64,000 nucleotides of DNA from a virus (lineage: Duplodnaviria; Caudoviricetes). Each line of letters opens with the position of its first letter. Positions within the stretch are counted from its first letter, which is position 1. The notes beneath the pieces were generated by a model. It ran no database searches, was not told the DNA's origin, and worked only from the letters and a program-made list of their open reading frames with translations. Positions 39,863 to 50,976 of this stretch are shown here, in pieces. The stretch spans positions 160,001 to 224,000 of IMG/VR virus record IMGVR_UViG_3300037067_027684, one strand, 5' to 3'. Made by a program: the position numbers and the translations under genes.

Positions 39863-40178
39863 TGTCTTCTTCCTCGTAGGTGGTGTCGCCCCATGTTGCT
39901 GCTGTCATGTCAATCCAATCTCCACGTTCCAAATCATCAATGACGGATGCGGTTTCGACGGCACCATTTTGATTTCTAGGGAAATTCAGAGCACCAAAAT
40001 TGAAGTGACGCCACGCTTCCACAATATCTTGTTTGGTTGTTCCTTCTTCGAATTTGACGCCTGTGACTTCGTGGTTGTCGTCAATAATTCCGATGCATTT
40101 GTCGCCGATTTCGATGAGTCCCAGGTGTCGGTATCCTTCGTGTTGGTTGTGACTCTTCCAATATTTGATGAGTTTCAT
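39855..40178 (-). CDS. hypothetical protein
   Basis: tiling ORF. Confidence 0.65.
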   Translation of the reverse strand: MKLIKYWKSHNQHEGYRHLGLIEIGDKCIGIIDDNHEVTGVKFEEGTTKQDIVEAWRHFNFGALNFPRNQNGAVETASVIDDLERGDWIDMTAATWGDTTYEEEDND

Positions 40179-40188
40179 TGTTAATCCC

Positions 40189-40518
40189 TTAATTCAATTT
40201 CAAGGTCTTGAGTACCGACTCGTCAACGTAGACACGATCATCTCCATCGTCGTCATTTAGTTCAGTACTCATGAATTTATGGACAGCTTGAAGAATCCGC
40301 TTGGGGAGCTTCTTGGTGGCGACAATCCAACAATCTTTACTGCCAGGTTGGATGTAGACTTGCTTATGCTTGATGATGTCTCTCAAGCTGTCGGCTTGGT
40401 CGTGTGAATCTGTGTCATCCCATACGACGGTGACGATGTTGAATCGTTTGTCGATTTGGTCGCACATCTTTTCCCATTCTCGTTCGGTGAGTTTAACTAC
40501 GCATTGGCGTGTTTTCAT
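40189..40518 (-). CDS. hypothetical protein
   Basis: AAGGAG RBS. Confidence 0.65.
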   Translation of the reverse strand: MKTRQCVVKLTEREWEKMCDQIDKRFNIVTVVWDDTDSHDQADSLRDIIKHKQVYIQPGSKDCWIVATKKLPKRILQAVHKFMSTELNDDDGDDRVYVDESVLKTLKLN

Positions 40519-40900
40519 CTTGAATCTCCTTATGGTTGGGTTGTGGAGCTAGCTACGTACATGTCTCCGCTTTCGGCCACAGTGTATCGAGCTAGTTCGG
40601 CTTTAAGGTCGATTTCGTCGTTGGCTGACATGGCTTGTAGGATGTGCTTTTTGAGGGCTTCTTTTTGTTCCTTTTTGGTTGGGTTGTGTTTGAAGGTTGC
40701 GATGACTTCTGCTCCTGTGGTGTCGGCTACTTCGCCGAGGAGTATCCAGACTTCTTGGGGTGCCTTGGCGTTTGCCTTGGCGATTACATCAGCGAGTCGG
40801 CAAGATAATTCTCGGATTTCCGCGAAAGATAACGAACTCACGCTACATGGTGGAAGGATTGTATCGCGGATGAGCCGCCTGAGTTCTTTCTTTTGCTTAT

Positions 40901-41251
40901 TCATGATTTCTCCTCGCTTTCCTTCTTGTCCCAATTGTAAGCTTCTCTGTATTCTTTATCCCACTCTTTGCTTACTTCTTTGTAATCCTTCACGAAATCC
41001 GCCATATTCGGCCCAAACACATTGTCATAAGACCCAGTTCTGTCATAGATTATGAAATATGAAGCCATCTTTTTGCCTTTGGTGCAGGTATATCCTTCGA
41101 ATTTACCGTCGCCCCAGTCGGGTGTTTTAAACTCATCGGCGTCACCATCGTGGTTTTGTAACACTTTACTTTCTTTAAATTTCCAGCCTTTCTTCTTCAT
41201 TCTGCCGATGTAGTCGCAGTATTCTTCTTGGACATCTTTGCTAATTTTCAT
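40901..41251 (-). CDS. hypothetical protein
   Basis: GAGGAG RBS. Confidence 0.65.
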   Translation of the reverse strand: MKISKDVQEEYCDYIGRMKKKGWKFKESKVLQNHDGDADEFKTPDWGDGKFEGYTCTKGKKMASYFIIYDRTGSYDNVFGPNMADFVKDYKEVSKEWDKEYREAYNWDKKESEEKS

Positions 41252-41772
41252 GATTTCTCCTCTGTTAAATGTCCAGACCGCCTGACTGACGGAAAATCAC
41301 ATCACCATCTTCAGTTCGATGTATCGATGGATGATGTGCGAAAGCCGCTCCAGGATTCCCGCTACCTTCTGGGACCACGAATTGTTCCCAGATTGAACGG
41401 AGGTTTCCCTTAGCAAGCCACCTATCAACTATCAATGTTCGTGTCCAGGATTCACAATCTCCTCTGATTTGTGGTTGGATTACTGTGTTTTCTATTCGTA
41501 TGGCAGTCATTCATCGTCCTCCTTTGGGGTTACGAGTTGCACTGTGATTTCATCAACTTCAACATCATCTGGGTATTCGAGGTAATACAGGTCTTTGGCT
41601 TCCTCTGAAAGTGCGGGGTCGAGGCAGATTGTTATGTCTGTGCGCTCTTTGTTGGCCTGCTCTTGGGCCTGATTTAGAGCATCGTCATAATTCTTGAAGT
41701 ACCTGTTGTTGAGCATTGTTTTCTTACTCCTTTCTAGATCATTCGGATTCCTCGTATCTCCTGCTACGGCGG

Positions 41773-41803
41773 TGGCATCCGCTTGTAAGTATGGGGAATA
41801 TTA
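41773..41803 (-). promoter_or_regulatory. candidate phage promoter motif, copy 2
   Basis: TAATATTCCCCATACTT-N3-AGCG-N2-TGCCA, matches 2102-2131. Confidence 0.45.
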
Positions 41804-42003
41804 TTCGATGGTCGGTGCTTTAATATAAAGACCAAGACAATGACTTAGGACTCTTACTCCTGCCTCTGATTGAAGCGCTGACATCACTAAACATCGGCTC
41901 GACCAAATCCTCCACTCTGAAAAGGAGTTTAGGGTCACCACTTATGGTAACAGACCAGTCTTCAACAGAGAACCTAACCTCATGGTAAGATGCAGCTAAG
42001 TCT

Positions 42004-42390
42004 TCAAGATCCCAGATGTTGACCCACTGATAAGCTTTTGAGCGGGGGCATTTGTACTTTACGAGTTTCTTTTTTTCTTGATTTGAGTTCTAGTTCAAGA
42101 GCTAAGTCAATTGCGTCGTGGATTGTTTCGCCGTAGGTGGTCAGTGTTACTTGTTCTCCCTTTAGGAGGGTTAGTCTATAATTTGTAATGGTTTGCCATC
42201 CGGCAGCTGCTTCTGCTTTGAATTCGTCTCGAATTTCAATTTCACAATCGTACCAGAGTTCTTTGAGGGCTTCTCGTGCTGAGTTGCCTCTACCGACTCC
42301 AATCTGGCCTAGATGTTCCTGATTTTGACGTGGTGGGAGCGTTATTCGGGCTACGAATTCCATGCTTATGCTCCTTTTTGATTCGCCCAT
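42004..42390 (-). CDS. hypothetical protein
   Basis: tiling ORF. Confidence 0.55.
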   Translation of the reverse strand: MGESKRSISMEFVARITLPPRQNQEHLGQIGVGRGNSAREALKELWYDCEIEIRDEFKAEAAAGWQTITNYRLTLLKGEQVTLTTYGETIHDAIDLALELELKSRKKETRKVQMPPLKSLSVGQHLGS

Positions 42391-43627
42391 TCTTTAAATT
42401 TCTTCACACCGCACATATTATTCCTCCCAGTGATACCAAGCCAACACACCAACCTTCTTATTCTTGGGCTTCAAAGGAAGCAATTCACAACCACAAACAT
42501 AAAAACTAACTTTATTCTTTTTTAGGAAGTTCTTGACATTACGATGATCAAGTTTGGCCATGGCACAGGCACTTCGCTTATCTTCGGCAACTACGACAGC
42601 ACTTGCGCCACAATATGCTCCAATCCCTATACAGAACCAGACTTTATTCATTTTAACCACCATTCAGGGTCAACTTCACTCAATGCTGCACCAAGGTCAC
42701 GAGGATACACGACGGCTTTATCACCGATACATTGATGATTAGAGGTCAACTTCGCAATGCGCTTGAAGAAATCGTCCAACCTCTTCCTTTCACTGAAAAC
42801 TGTCTTAATGATGACCTTCTTCACGCGTGTGGTGCCATTGTCATCCCAAGCACCAGTTTTCTTATTACTCTTTTTCGCGTGGTGGATTAGGCTATCCAGC
42901 ATTGCCTCTAATCCTTCTGTGGTCATTGCGCTGTAACTTGGTTTCTTCATGTTCACTCCTTTTTCAGGGTTTCGGGAACGCCTACTTTGTGATGTACTCG
43001 TTCATGAAGTCGCATTGATATGTTGCAATAAACGACCGCGAAGAGGAACATAGGGAGAGGTCTAACCTCTTGGGCGAAAATCAGATATAAACTGATTGCG
43101 ACCAGAGTAACGATGTCGAGCCATCCGGAAAGATGCTTAAACATTTCTCGCCCCTTTAATTGTTCTCGAAACAGAAGGCCACGAAGTCTTGCAACTTCTG
43201 AATCTTGTGGTCCTTGATCAACTTCAGAATTTCTGATTGTTCTCCATCAGCTAGGATTCCCTTCTCGGTGGCTGTGAGTTGGGAAGCCAGCTTCTCTAAG
43301 GCAATTGGTGGGAATTTGATTTGGGTTTCGACAGAGAACCAAACTTCTGGGAATTCTTTAATTCCGTTGTTGTGGGCCAGAGTGTCCAAGATTTGGAATA
43401 GGTGTGGGCACATATTTCTGAATGTTGCCATTTTCATTTGGCGGGTTCCCTTTTTAGGGTTCGTGCTACCCAATACCCCTGTAGCAATCCAAGCAGGTAG
43501 CCTCCAACCATCAATATGTCCTTGGTGAGCGATTCTAATTCTGTGGATCGGTACTTTTGAGTTAGAATAACCCCAAGGATTACATAACTAGCAGTGCAAA
43601 ATAGCATAAACCAACCTAGTTTTTGAT

Positions 43628-43861
43628 TCATTTTGTGGGTTCCTTTGGGGCTTGCTCCTTCTTGATGTACTGCTCATGCCATTCGAGGACTCCCGTTAGG
43701 CGGGAGAGCATAAGCATCCTACTTTCCATGGTGTCCTTTCCGACAGCTTTTTCAATGATCTTCATAACGAAGAGGCCGATTATGCTTAGGGCAATGAGAC
43801 TTGCACTTCCTCCAAGGATAATCCGTCCAATCCAGAGGCACATCAAATCGAAGTTATCCAT
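43628..43861 (-). CDS. small membrane protein
   Basis: hydrophobic N-terminal helix; neighbours at 43434-43631 and 42953-43144 also hydrophobic. Confidence 0.55.
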   Translation of the reverse strand: MDNFDLMCLWIGRIILGGSASLIALSIIGLFVMKIIEKAVGKDTMESRMLMLSRLTGVLEWHEQYIKKEQAPKEPTK

Positions 43862-44095
43862 TACTCCTCCTTTGTTTTGGTTACTTTCTTGCCAGTTAAC
43901 TTGGTGAAGATCCTTCTTGCGATTGCATCAACTTCTGCCATGCCTTCTTCATAGGTCGAGTCACCTTCCTTGCGACCCCATGGCGGGGATTGCTGTATTC
44001 CACTTAGAGTGTCGAAGGCTTCATCCAGCATTCGGTGTAGTTTGTAGCATTCGGCTGCTGAGTGTTCGCCGTTGCCTAGGAAGATTTGTTCGGGT

Positions 44096-44458
44096 TTACT
44101 CACTTGCCCTCCTCTGTTTTGGGCAAAAGATCCACAAACATTTCATCCTTTGCAAACCACATTCACCAGAACAGTTGTGTTCACAATCTTCACCCGTTGT
44201 TTTGTAGAATTCATTTTGGGTTTTGGTGAATTGGTTATCTGATTGATCAGGTTTCGGCATGATTTCCCCAAACAAATCTGGCCTAAACTCACGGAGGACC
44301 ATGTAGAGGATATCTTTACCTGCTCGGTTTAGATCCTCGTCTGTTGGTCCTTTCAATCCGGTGTCGGTGATTCTGTCAAAGTCTGCTAGGTAGGCGGCGA
44401 TTTTCTCTTCCATGCCTACTTGTTGGCGGGCGTCGAGTTGGTCATTATAGGGAATCAT
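44096..44458 (-). CDS. hypothetical protein with Cys-rich C-terminus
   Basis: AAGGAG RBS. Confidence 0.6.
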   Translation of the reverse strand: MIPYNDQLDARQQVGMEEKIAAYLADFDRITDTGLKGPTDEDLNRAGKDILYMVLREFRPDLFGEIMPKPDQSDNQFTKTQNEFYKTTGEDCEHNCSGECGLQRMKCLWIFCPKQRRASE

Positions 44459-45710
44459 TTTTACTCCTTATGGTCACTTTCTTCCAAGACCCACTTGTAC
44501 ACCAACAGGTCCGCCACTTTAACTCTCGGACAAAAGTCCAATGCCCATCTTCATCGGTTACTATTCTGTCCTCTACTCCATCCGACACGAAGTATTTCTT
44601 GCCTCGGTATTCTAGTAAAGTCCCGTTTGGGAATTCCCTAATGTCTTGGACTTTCATCACCTACTCTTTTCTAACTCTTGGATTCGGATTCCTTGTTCAT
44701 AGACTTGAATCATCAAGTTTATGAAGGCTTTAGAGGTTGGGTCAGCCATCCCTTTCAGAACTGTCAGATTCTCAACCATATCCTCTAAATTACGGGTGGC
44801 GGTGATCATCTTTTGCCTTGTGGAGGTTAGGTCCCTGTCCTTGGTGTTATAGATAACACGGAGTTCAATTAGCATTCGGCCCAAATCTTCTTTGTTTCGT
44901 CCTGCGATTACTTCTTTGGTTGCTTCTTTAAGCTCTTCTTCTGGTATCATGTTAATCTCCTATCGGCACAATTGGATTGCGTGGGACTCAGCTGCTTTGA
45001 TCAGTGCAATCACGTCTTCAAGTGATCCGTTGACTTGAGTGTGCGCGTGGTCATTGGTTTCAATGCCAACTATTTTGTTGGTACCAATATACACGCTTCT
45101 AATGTCGAAGGATCGAACATAGAATTTTCTTTTCTCTCCATAGAATGTGAAATCTACCAGTGGTCCGTGCCAATTATCCAACATGTGAATCTCCTTATTC
45201 ATCAGAGCAACCTTCTTCATCGTCTGGTGGGGTATCTTCTTCGTCAAAATCTGTCTCGTCAGACTTGTCAGTCAACCTTTGTTCAATTTCTTCACTTGGG
45301 AGTGTACTGCACGATGTGCAGAGGTAATCACTCTCACCCCAACCCACACCACTGTTGAAACTGCAGCCACAAAGCGAGCATTTCATCGGAGCACCCCTTC
45401 CTTTGCGCAGAAAGTTATTTTCCTTTGGCTTTGTTTGCAATCATATCCACCAAGTCCAACCACATGTAGCTAGGGCAGTCCCAACCACGGACGCCATCGA
45501 CGCTAAGAGAAAATACCTTGTAGTACTTGATGTCAAAGTTCCTGCCGCCAGCCCTGAACTCGATGTGGTAGAAATCCTCTCTTGAGTCATAGGATAATTC
45601 TATATCACTTTCGAGAACTACTTTCTTTTCAACCGCTTCGGCGAAGGGTTTGAGGTAATTGGTAACAACTCCTTCGGCGAAGTAGGGGCCACTCATTTTC
45701 TGGATGTTAA

Positions 45711-46319
45711 TCATTCTGCCTCCTTTGGTAAGGCTGGTAAGGCTTTATATGACTCCTTCTTGGGGAGGTTTAGATCTTCTAAATAATCAAGAACCGCTTG
45801 AACTGAAACCTCCTTTAGCTCTTCAGATCCTCGATTATCAATACCATCAGGAGTATTCACGAATTCTTCGATTACGAAGCTGTTTTTCTTGATAATAATG
45901 TCGCATTCGTATTCAGGGCCACTCCATGTACCACGATCATCCTCGTGTTCTTCCTCACCAAATTGAGCATTGACTCGTACACTTCTAGCGCGAATATCAA
46001 TACTGCCTTCGAATGAGACCCATCCTTCAGCTTTATAAATCTCATTGAGCTTCTTCAATAATTCCTCTGCCATGCTTACGATCTTCGTCTTTTCGTCCTC
46101 ATTCGGAGTTTCTTCGATTTTCTTAGCTGCCTCAAGCAGATCTGATCCAGGCATATAGAGAGACATTACATTACTGGATAATTTTACCAACTTCTCACCC
46201 AACTCCTTCATCAATTTAACATCGCCTGTTTGGATAATCTCGTTGGTCTTGTCTTTGATTGCTTGCTTTGCTCTCTCGACATCAGCACTCAACTTCTTGA
46301 ATTCCTCCAAATTATCCAT
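45711..46319 (-). CDS. hypothetical protein
   Basis: AGGAGGT RBS; 202 aa. Confidence 0.7.
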   Translation of the reverse strand: MDNLEEFKKLSADVERAKQAIKDKTNEIIQTGDVKLMKELGEKLVKLSSNVMSLYMPGSDLLEAAKKIEETPNEDEKTKIVSMAEELLKKLNEIYKAEGWVSFEGSIDIRARSVRVNAQFGEEEHEDDRGTWSGPEYECDIIIKKNSFVIEEFVNTPDGIDNRGSEELKEVSVQAVLDYLEDLNLPKKESYKALPALPKEAE

Positions 46320-46812
46320 TTTTCACCTCCTGCGTTTGAGTTTTCGCTTCTTTCAACTTATTGAGTCGATCAAAACAATCGTAAGTCTCACCCTCATCAA
46401 GAGTCAAATCAAGGAGTACAAAAACAGCCCGAAGCTTGCGCTCCAACTTAGCCCGCTGCGTTCGAACATGCGACATCGAAGCCTCACCATCACAACTCAA
46501 ACACTCAGGAGACAACCCATTATAAATCGACATCAAAATATGAATTTCATGTTCATGGTCAAGAATCCACCAGTCAGTGAGGTCTTTCTTGACAGGTTGC
46601 TGGATGACAACCTCATTCCCATCGGCTGGGTAAATCAGATTAAATGGAACATTCCAGATAGTTCCGATTGGGCGGCTATTTCGGTCTTCATCTTGGCGGA
46701 TTTTGCACTTAGAGATGTTGATTTTCACAATGGTGCCTAGAGTCTTGATTCCATTCGGTGATCCGAATTTGACTTGCCTGCCTTGCATTGTTCGGATGGT
46801 TTCTTCGTTCAC
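46312..46812 (-). CDS. hypothetical protein
   Basis: AAGGAG RBS; 166 aa. Confidence 0.7.
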   Translation of the reverse strand: MNEETIRTMQGRQVKFGSPNGIKTLGTIVKINISKCKIRQDEDRNSRPIGTIWNVPFNLIYPADGNEVVIQQPVKKDLTDWWILDHEHEIHILMSIYNGLSPECLSCDGEASMSHVRTQRAKLERKLRAVFVLLDLTLDEGETYDCFDRLNKLKEAKTQTQEVKNG

Positions 46813-46813
46813 T

Positions 46814-47191
46814 TTAGTCTCCTTTCAGTGATTTCTTCAACTTGTCGATCAACTTAGAACTTCCTGAGCGCCAGTCCCAATGGTTATCAGAATAAACTAA
46901 GCCAGAGTAAACTTTCTTGAACTTCTTTGAGCCGATTTTGCAGCGATAAGGAAAATCCTCCATTATAACAAATTGAGACAGCGTGAAATCGACAACTTCG
47001 TCTCCGAAGGTAAGAACATTGTGTCCTATGAGGCCAACACTTACGTAACAGATCCTTGCTTTGACGCCTGCTTGTTCGGCGGTTATTCTTATCGCTTCAC
47101 AAACGTCGGCACATTGGTTTTCTGAGTTTCTGGGTAAGCGGTATTCATTTAGGATTGGTGTGATTGTTTTGATGAAGTGATTCTTAGTCAC
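46814..47191 (-). CDS. hypothetical protein, possible papain-like C-H-D triad
   Basis: NQC...GHNVL...VVDFT. Confidence 0.45.
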   Translation of the reverse strand: MTKNHFIKTITPILNEYRLPRNSENQCADVCEAIRITAEQAGVKARICYVSVGLIGHNVLTFGDEVVDFTLSQFVIMEDFPYRCKIGSKKFKKVYSGLVYSDNHWDWRSGSSKLIDKLKKSLKGD

Positions 47192-47466
47192 GACTATCCC
47201 TCAATTTGTGAATCCGCTTCAACACAGATTTCTTAGTCCCAATAAAGAAGAATACATCTGGGTCTAGAGGTATTACGAATATTGGCTTTTTACCGGCTTT
47301 TTGAGCCAATTCAAAACCATTCATGAAAATCTCATAACCAGTTGAACCATCATTGTCGTAACCTCTTGTACAACCTGAGTCGGCTGCATCAGAAAGCTCA
47401 TCATAGTCCTTCTTTTCGGCTAATTCAGTAATTTCTTGGTCCTGCTTGAAGTCCATTTGAATCTCC

Positions 47467-47826
47467 TTATTGCATCAATTTCTCGAACGCTTGTCGCCGC
47501 TTCTTAGCTGCCTGCATGACTTCTTCGTCTTCAGGGTATTTGTCCCCATGTTCTGAGACGATTTTGACACCAGTGTGGATTGCAATTTGGTTGACCATCT
47601 CTTCAACGTCATTCCTGCCGTATCGGATAAAGTATCGAACGTACTTGGTACTACTGCCTCCATAGGCCCAAAGGTAGTCTGTGCTTTGGTCTGTGCGATA
47701 CTTGAGGCATCGATCAGTTTTGGTCGTATCTTTGGTCTTTTCTTCTGTGATTCCTGGTGTTGAGAGTACATCCTTCCAGGTTACTTTGTGTTTTCCTCTT
47801 CCGAAGAATTCGTAATCGCAACTCAT
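47467..47826 (-). CDS. hypothetical protein
   Basis: AAGGAG RBS. Confidence 0.65.
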   Translation of the reverse strand: MSCDYEFFGRGKHKVTWKDVLSTPGITEEKTKDTTKTDRCLKYRTDQSTDYLWAYGGSSTKYVRYFIRYGRNDVEEMVNQIAIHTGVKIVSEHGDKYPEDEEVMQAAKKRRQAFEKLMQ

Positions 47827-48325
47827 TTTATTCTCCTTAACGGTCGTATGGCATTAACTTCCCGTTTTTAATCAATTCGACAACCCCAACTACGTTGTCA
47901 ATTGCTAACTCCTTAACTTCACCATTCCTTAATGTTACGTAGAGTTGTTCACCAGCTGGGTAAACTTGGATTGGTCCCAAATGGACCGTATCTTTAAGGC
48001 AATCAAGGACGAGGAAGTCTTCACCATTACATTCATCGGGGTGGTTTTCGGTCACCACAATCATCCCGAGTTTTTCGAATTCTGTGATCAGTTGTTCTAG
48101 GCGCATTTTTAGTCCCATCCGATGTTCTGGCTTGCGGTTGTGTGGCGTTCGTCACCACCTGGAAGTTCACGTAGTTCCTTCATTCGCTTTTGCCAATATT
48201 CACCTGTTTCGCCTTGGAACCAGGGACTTCCTATTGGAGCGTTGCGCCAACGCTCTAGGAGGCTTTCATAGCTCATCCCATCGATGTGAGCCTTGTTTTC
48301 TTTCGTGAGGTCCATTGGAATCTCC

Positions 48326-48637
48326 TTACAGCCGCTTCGCACATTTGGCAGAGCAGGCGACCGCACAGCCAGCGTCTTCGGGGTTGACTTCCGTGATCTT
48401 GCCACAGACTGCGCAAGGGACGTAGGCTACTTTCGCTTCCTTCACTCTGGCTAGGAGTTCTTTGTTGATTTCTTTTTCTGCGTCTCGGATTGCTTTGTCT
48501 GCTCTGGTTACATAGGGGTCTCCTTTGGAGGCGTCTCGACCGAAGCCGATTCGCATGAGGCTCAGGTATTGTGATCTGAGCATTCTGGTTGTTTCGAGAA
48601 GTTCGAACCAGATGTCTTTCTTCTGTTTCTTAGGCAT
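48326..48637 (-). CDS. hypothetical protein with CxxC zinc-binding tail
   Basis: CAVCG...CSAKC. Confidence 0.6.
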   Translation of the reverse strand: MPKKQKKDIWFELLETTRMLRSQYLSLMRIGFGRDASKGDPYVTRADKAIRDAEKEINKELLARVKEAKVAYVPCAVCGKITEVNPEDAGCAVACSAKCAKRL

Positions 48638-48648
48638 GGGTTTCTCCT

Positions 48649-49029
48649 TTAACCAACGAACGGTACTTTATTTCTCTCGCTATCCCTGATCATCAGATCA
48701 AGAAGTATCGGCCCAATTCCCTCGCCAAGACAGCCTTGTTCAGCGAGCCATACGTCAGTGGAGGAGTTCATCTGAAACTCCCCACCCTTCCACCCTATAA
48801 AAGTCTTACCAAGTGACGACTTAGCGCACTTTAGCATCTCACCAATTGTAACGTCTTTCATTGGCTCGAATGCGAGTTGGTCGTAATACCCTCGGTAGCT
48901 GTGTGGATTCCCGAATCCTTGTCGGGCTATCAGGGTTTTGTCTTGCTTGCTTAGAAAGTCGATCAGTTCTTCAAGTGTCATTAGTTTCTCCTTTGTCATC
49001 CCCGGTACTTCAAAGCGTGATACAAACAT
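48649..49029 (-). CDS. phage hypothetical protein
   Basis: PHSYRGYYDQLAFEP...GWKGGEF motif familiar from phage genomes. Confidence 0.65.
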   Translation of the reverse strand: MFVSRFEVPGMTKEKLMTLEELIDFLSKQDKTLIARQGFGNPHSYRGYYDQLAFEPMKDVTIGEMLKCAKSSLGKTFIGWKGGEFQMNSSTDVWLAEQGCLGEGIGPILLDLMIRDSERNKVPFVG

Positions 49030-49373
49030 CTAACCATGAACTGCAAAGCTTCTTTTGAGAAGACAACATCGTACTTCCTAGCCAAGGCAATTCCCTTGTC
49101 CCAAGCGTCCTTCTCACAAGTGAACTTATAGACACCAAGATCAGTTATGCTGTCAATGTGGCAGTGGGGTCCAAGAATGTGGCCAACTTCGTGAAAGAAG
49201 GAGGCCAATCGAACGCTCTCATTCTTATACTTCCCAAGTAGGACTTCTCTGCCGATGACAAAACTTGCTTCTTGTAGGACTTTTCTGTCGATTGCCAAAC
49301 TTGCTTCATCATAATTCCTAACTACTAGGTTGAAGTCATGAGCTACTTTCTTGATTATTTCGTCATTCGACAT
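48996..49373 (-). CDS. HExxH metallopeptidase-like protein
   Basis: FFHEVGH plus downstream EKDAW. Confidence 0.55.
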   Translation of the reverse strand: MSNDEIIKKVAHDFNLVVRNYDEASLAIDRKVLQEASFVIGREVLLGKYKNESVRLASFFHEVGHILGPHCHIDSITDLGVYKFTCEKDAWDKGIALARKYDVVFSKEALQFMVRCLYHALKYRG

Positions 49374-50556
49374 TTTTATCTGTCCTTTAGTCTCCAGGCA
49401 TTGGAGTGTTTACCGTTAACTTAAGAGCTTCTTGCAAAGCCAACCCAAGTTTAACCGCCATCGGGTTTAGCTTGATCACCTTCAGGAACTCGTCTTCCGT
49501 CTCAGGCAAGGCAAAGGATGATGGAGCATTTATTACTTTAACAGCTCCGGTTGATTTATTGTCAAGCACAAAACCAGCACCAGTTCGGGAATGTTCCCGC
49601 CTCCACTTCCCGTCCTTGGATTTCCAGCGGACAACACAAGGATGGAAGGAGACATGCAAATCATGAATATCCCCATAGAAGCATACCTCGACTTTTGTGC
49701 AATATGCTTTCATGTGGTCCTCCTTTCAACCCACTTGCCATCAACCACCCAACCCATATCGGCAGCATGATCTCTTAACTCATAGAATGAAATTGGCAAG
49801 TTAGGGAAGCGAGGCGGATCGACATCAACCCAAATGGTCTCAAACACCACCGTGGGTATTGACTTCATCGCCGTCAACCTATTATAGACTTCCCTAAACG
49901 CATCCTTTGGGGAGTCGTAAGTCCCAACTTCCTTCATTTCAAAGGTGAGCTTGAACTTGCGTCGAAGTATCACATCTGTGGCCAAAATCTCCATTTTAGT
50001 CTCCATTCTTGGCCCTAGGGCCACTAACAATCATCCTTGAGACGGCGGTCACAACGTCATCAACGCCTTCAGAATCACGCCAGATGAAAGTCCGTCCAAC
50101 ATGGGCTGCTCTGCAATCGAAACCTGCTCCATTCTCTTGGATGAGGATCACGTCTCCAAGGTAGATGACTTCGATGTTTCGATCCTCATTCAGGATGATC
50201 AGGCTTTCTTGGTTACGTTCGTGTTCTTTTTCGACTTTGTAATCCTTATTGAATGCTTCGACCAGAGCTTCGTGGCATTGGTTGTCGGTCATTTTAATCT
50301 CCTAGGAATTGCCTCAACTCAAACCAAGAGGCAAACTTCTTATCACCTTCAGAGCATCGGTCAATTGACCAATCCAGTGAAACTCGGAAGTAGCCGTTAC
50401 AGAACCAAATGTGCCAATCTCCGACTTCAAAGGATTTGCCGCTGCGTAATGCTTCTTCTGTTATCTCCTGGATATAGGCATCTGCTGCTTCGTCTGTTCG
50501 AAGATTTCGCTCATCTTGCTCATCCATCTTCTTGGTTACTTCGGAGTATTTGTCAG

Positions 50557-50976
50557 TCATTTTAATCTCCTAGAAGAAATCGCCACAAACTGTGGGTCAT
50601 CTCCGTAAACCACAATTGAGCAACCAGGATCACCAAAAATCGGATCACCAAACACCCAATTAGGCGTCACAGAAAATTGCGCCACTGTGCTTGGCCCGTA
50701 TCGCTTCCCCAAGTAGGCGAGGATTGCCTCAAGGCCACTTGTCTCAAAGAAGTAAGTGGTCATTCCCTTGCGCCGTCGTTTGTGTCCTTCAGGGACGGGG
50801 AGTTCCTTGGCGATTGACCGCAACTTCTTAAGCACTGGCATCCAAGGCAGCGAGTCGTGAATTGACTTGGCACAGGGCGGTTCGTCTCGGTACTTAGCTC
50901 CGCATCGGTCACATTTCATTTTCGGCTCCTTATTGGTGAACATTAGCTTATCGAAATCGACTCGTAGTTTCTTCAT
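50557..50976 (-). CDS. hypothetical protein
   Basis: ATGA overlap. Confidence 0.6.
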   Translation of the reverse strand: MKKLRVDFDKLMFTNKEPKMKCDRCGAKYRDEPPCAKSIHDSLPWMPVLKKLRSIAKELPVPEGHKRRRKGMTTYFFETSGLEAILAYLGKRYGPSTVAQFSVTPNWVFGDPIFGDPGCSIVVYGDDPQFVAISSRRLK

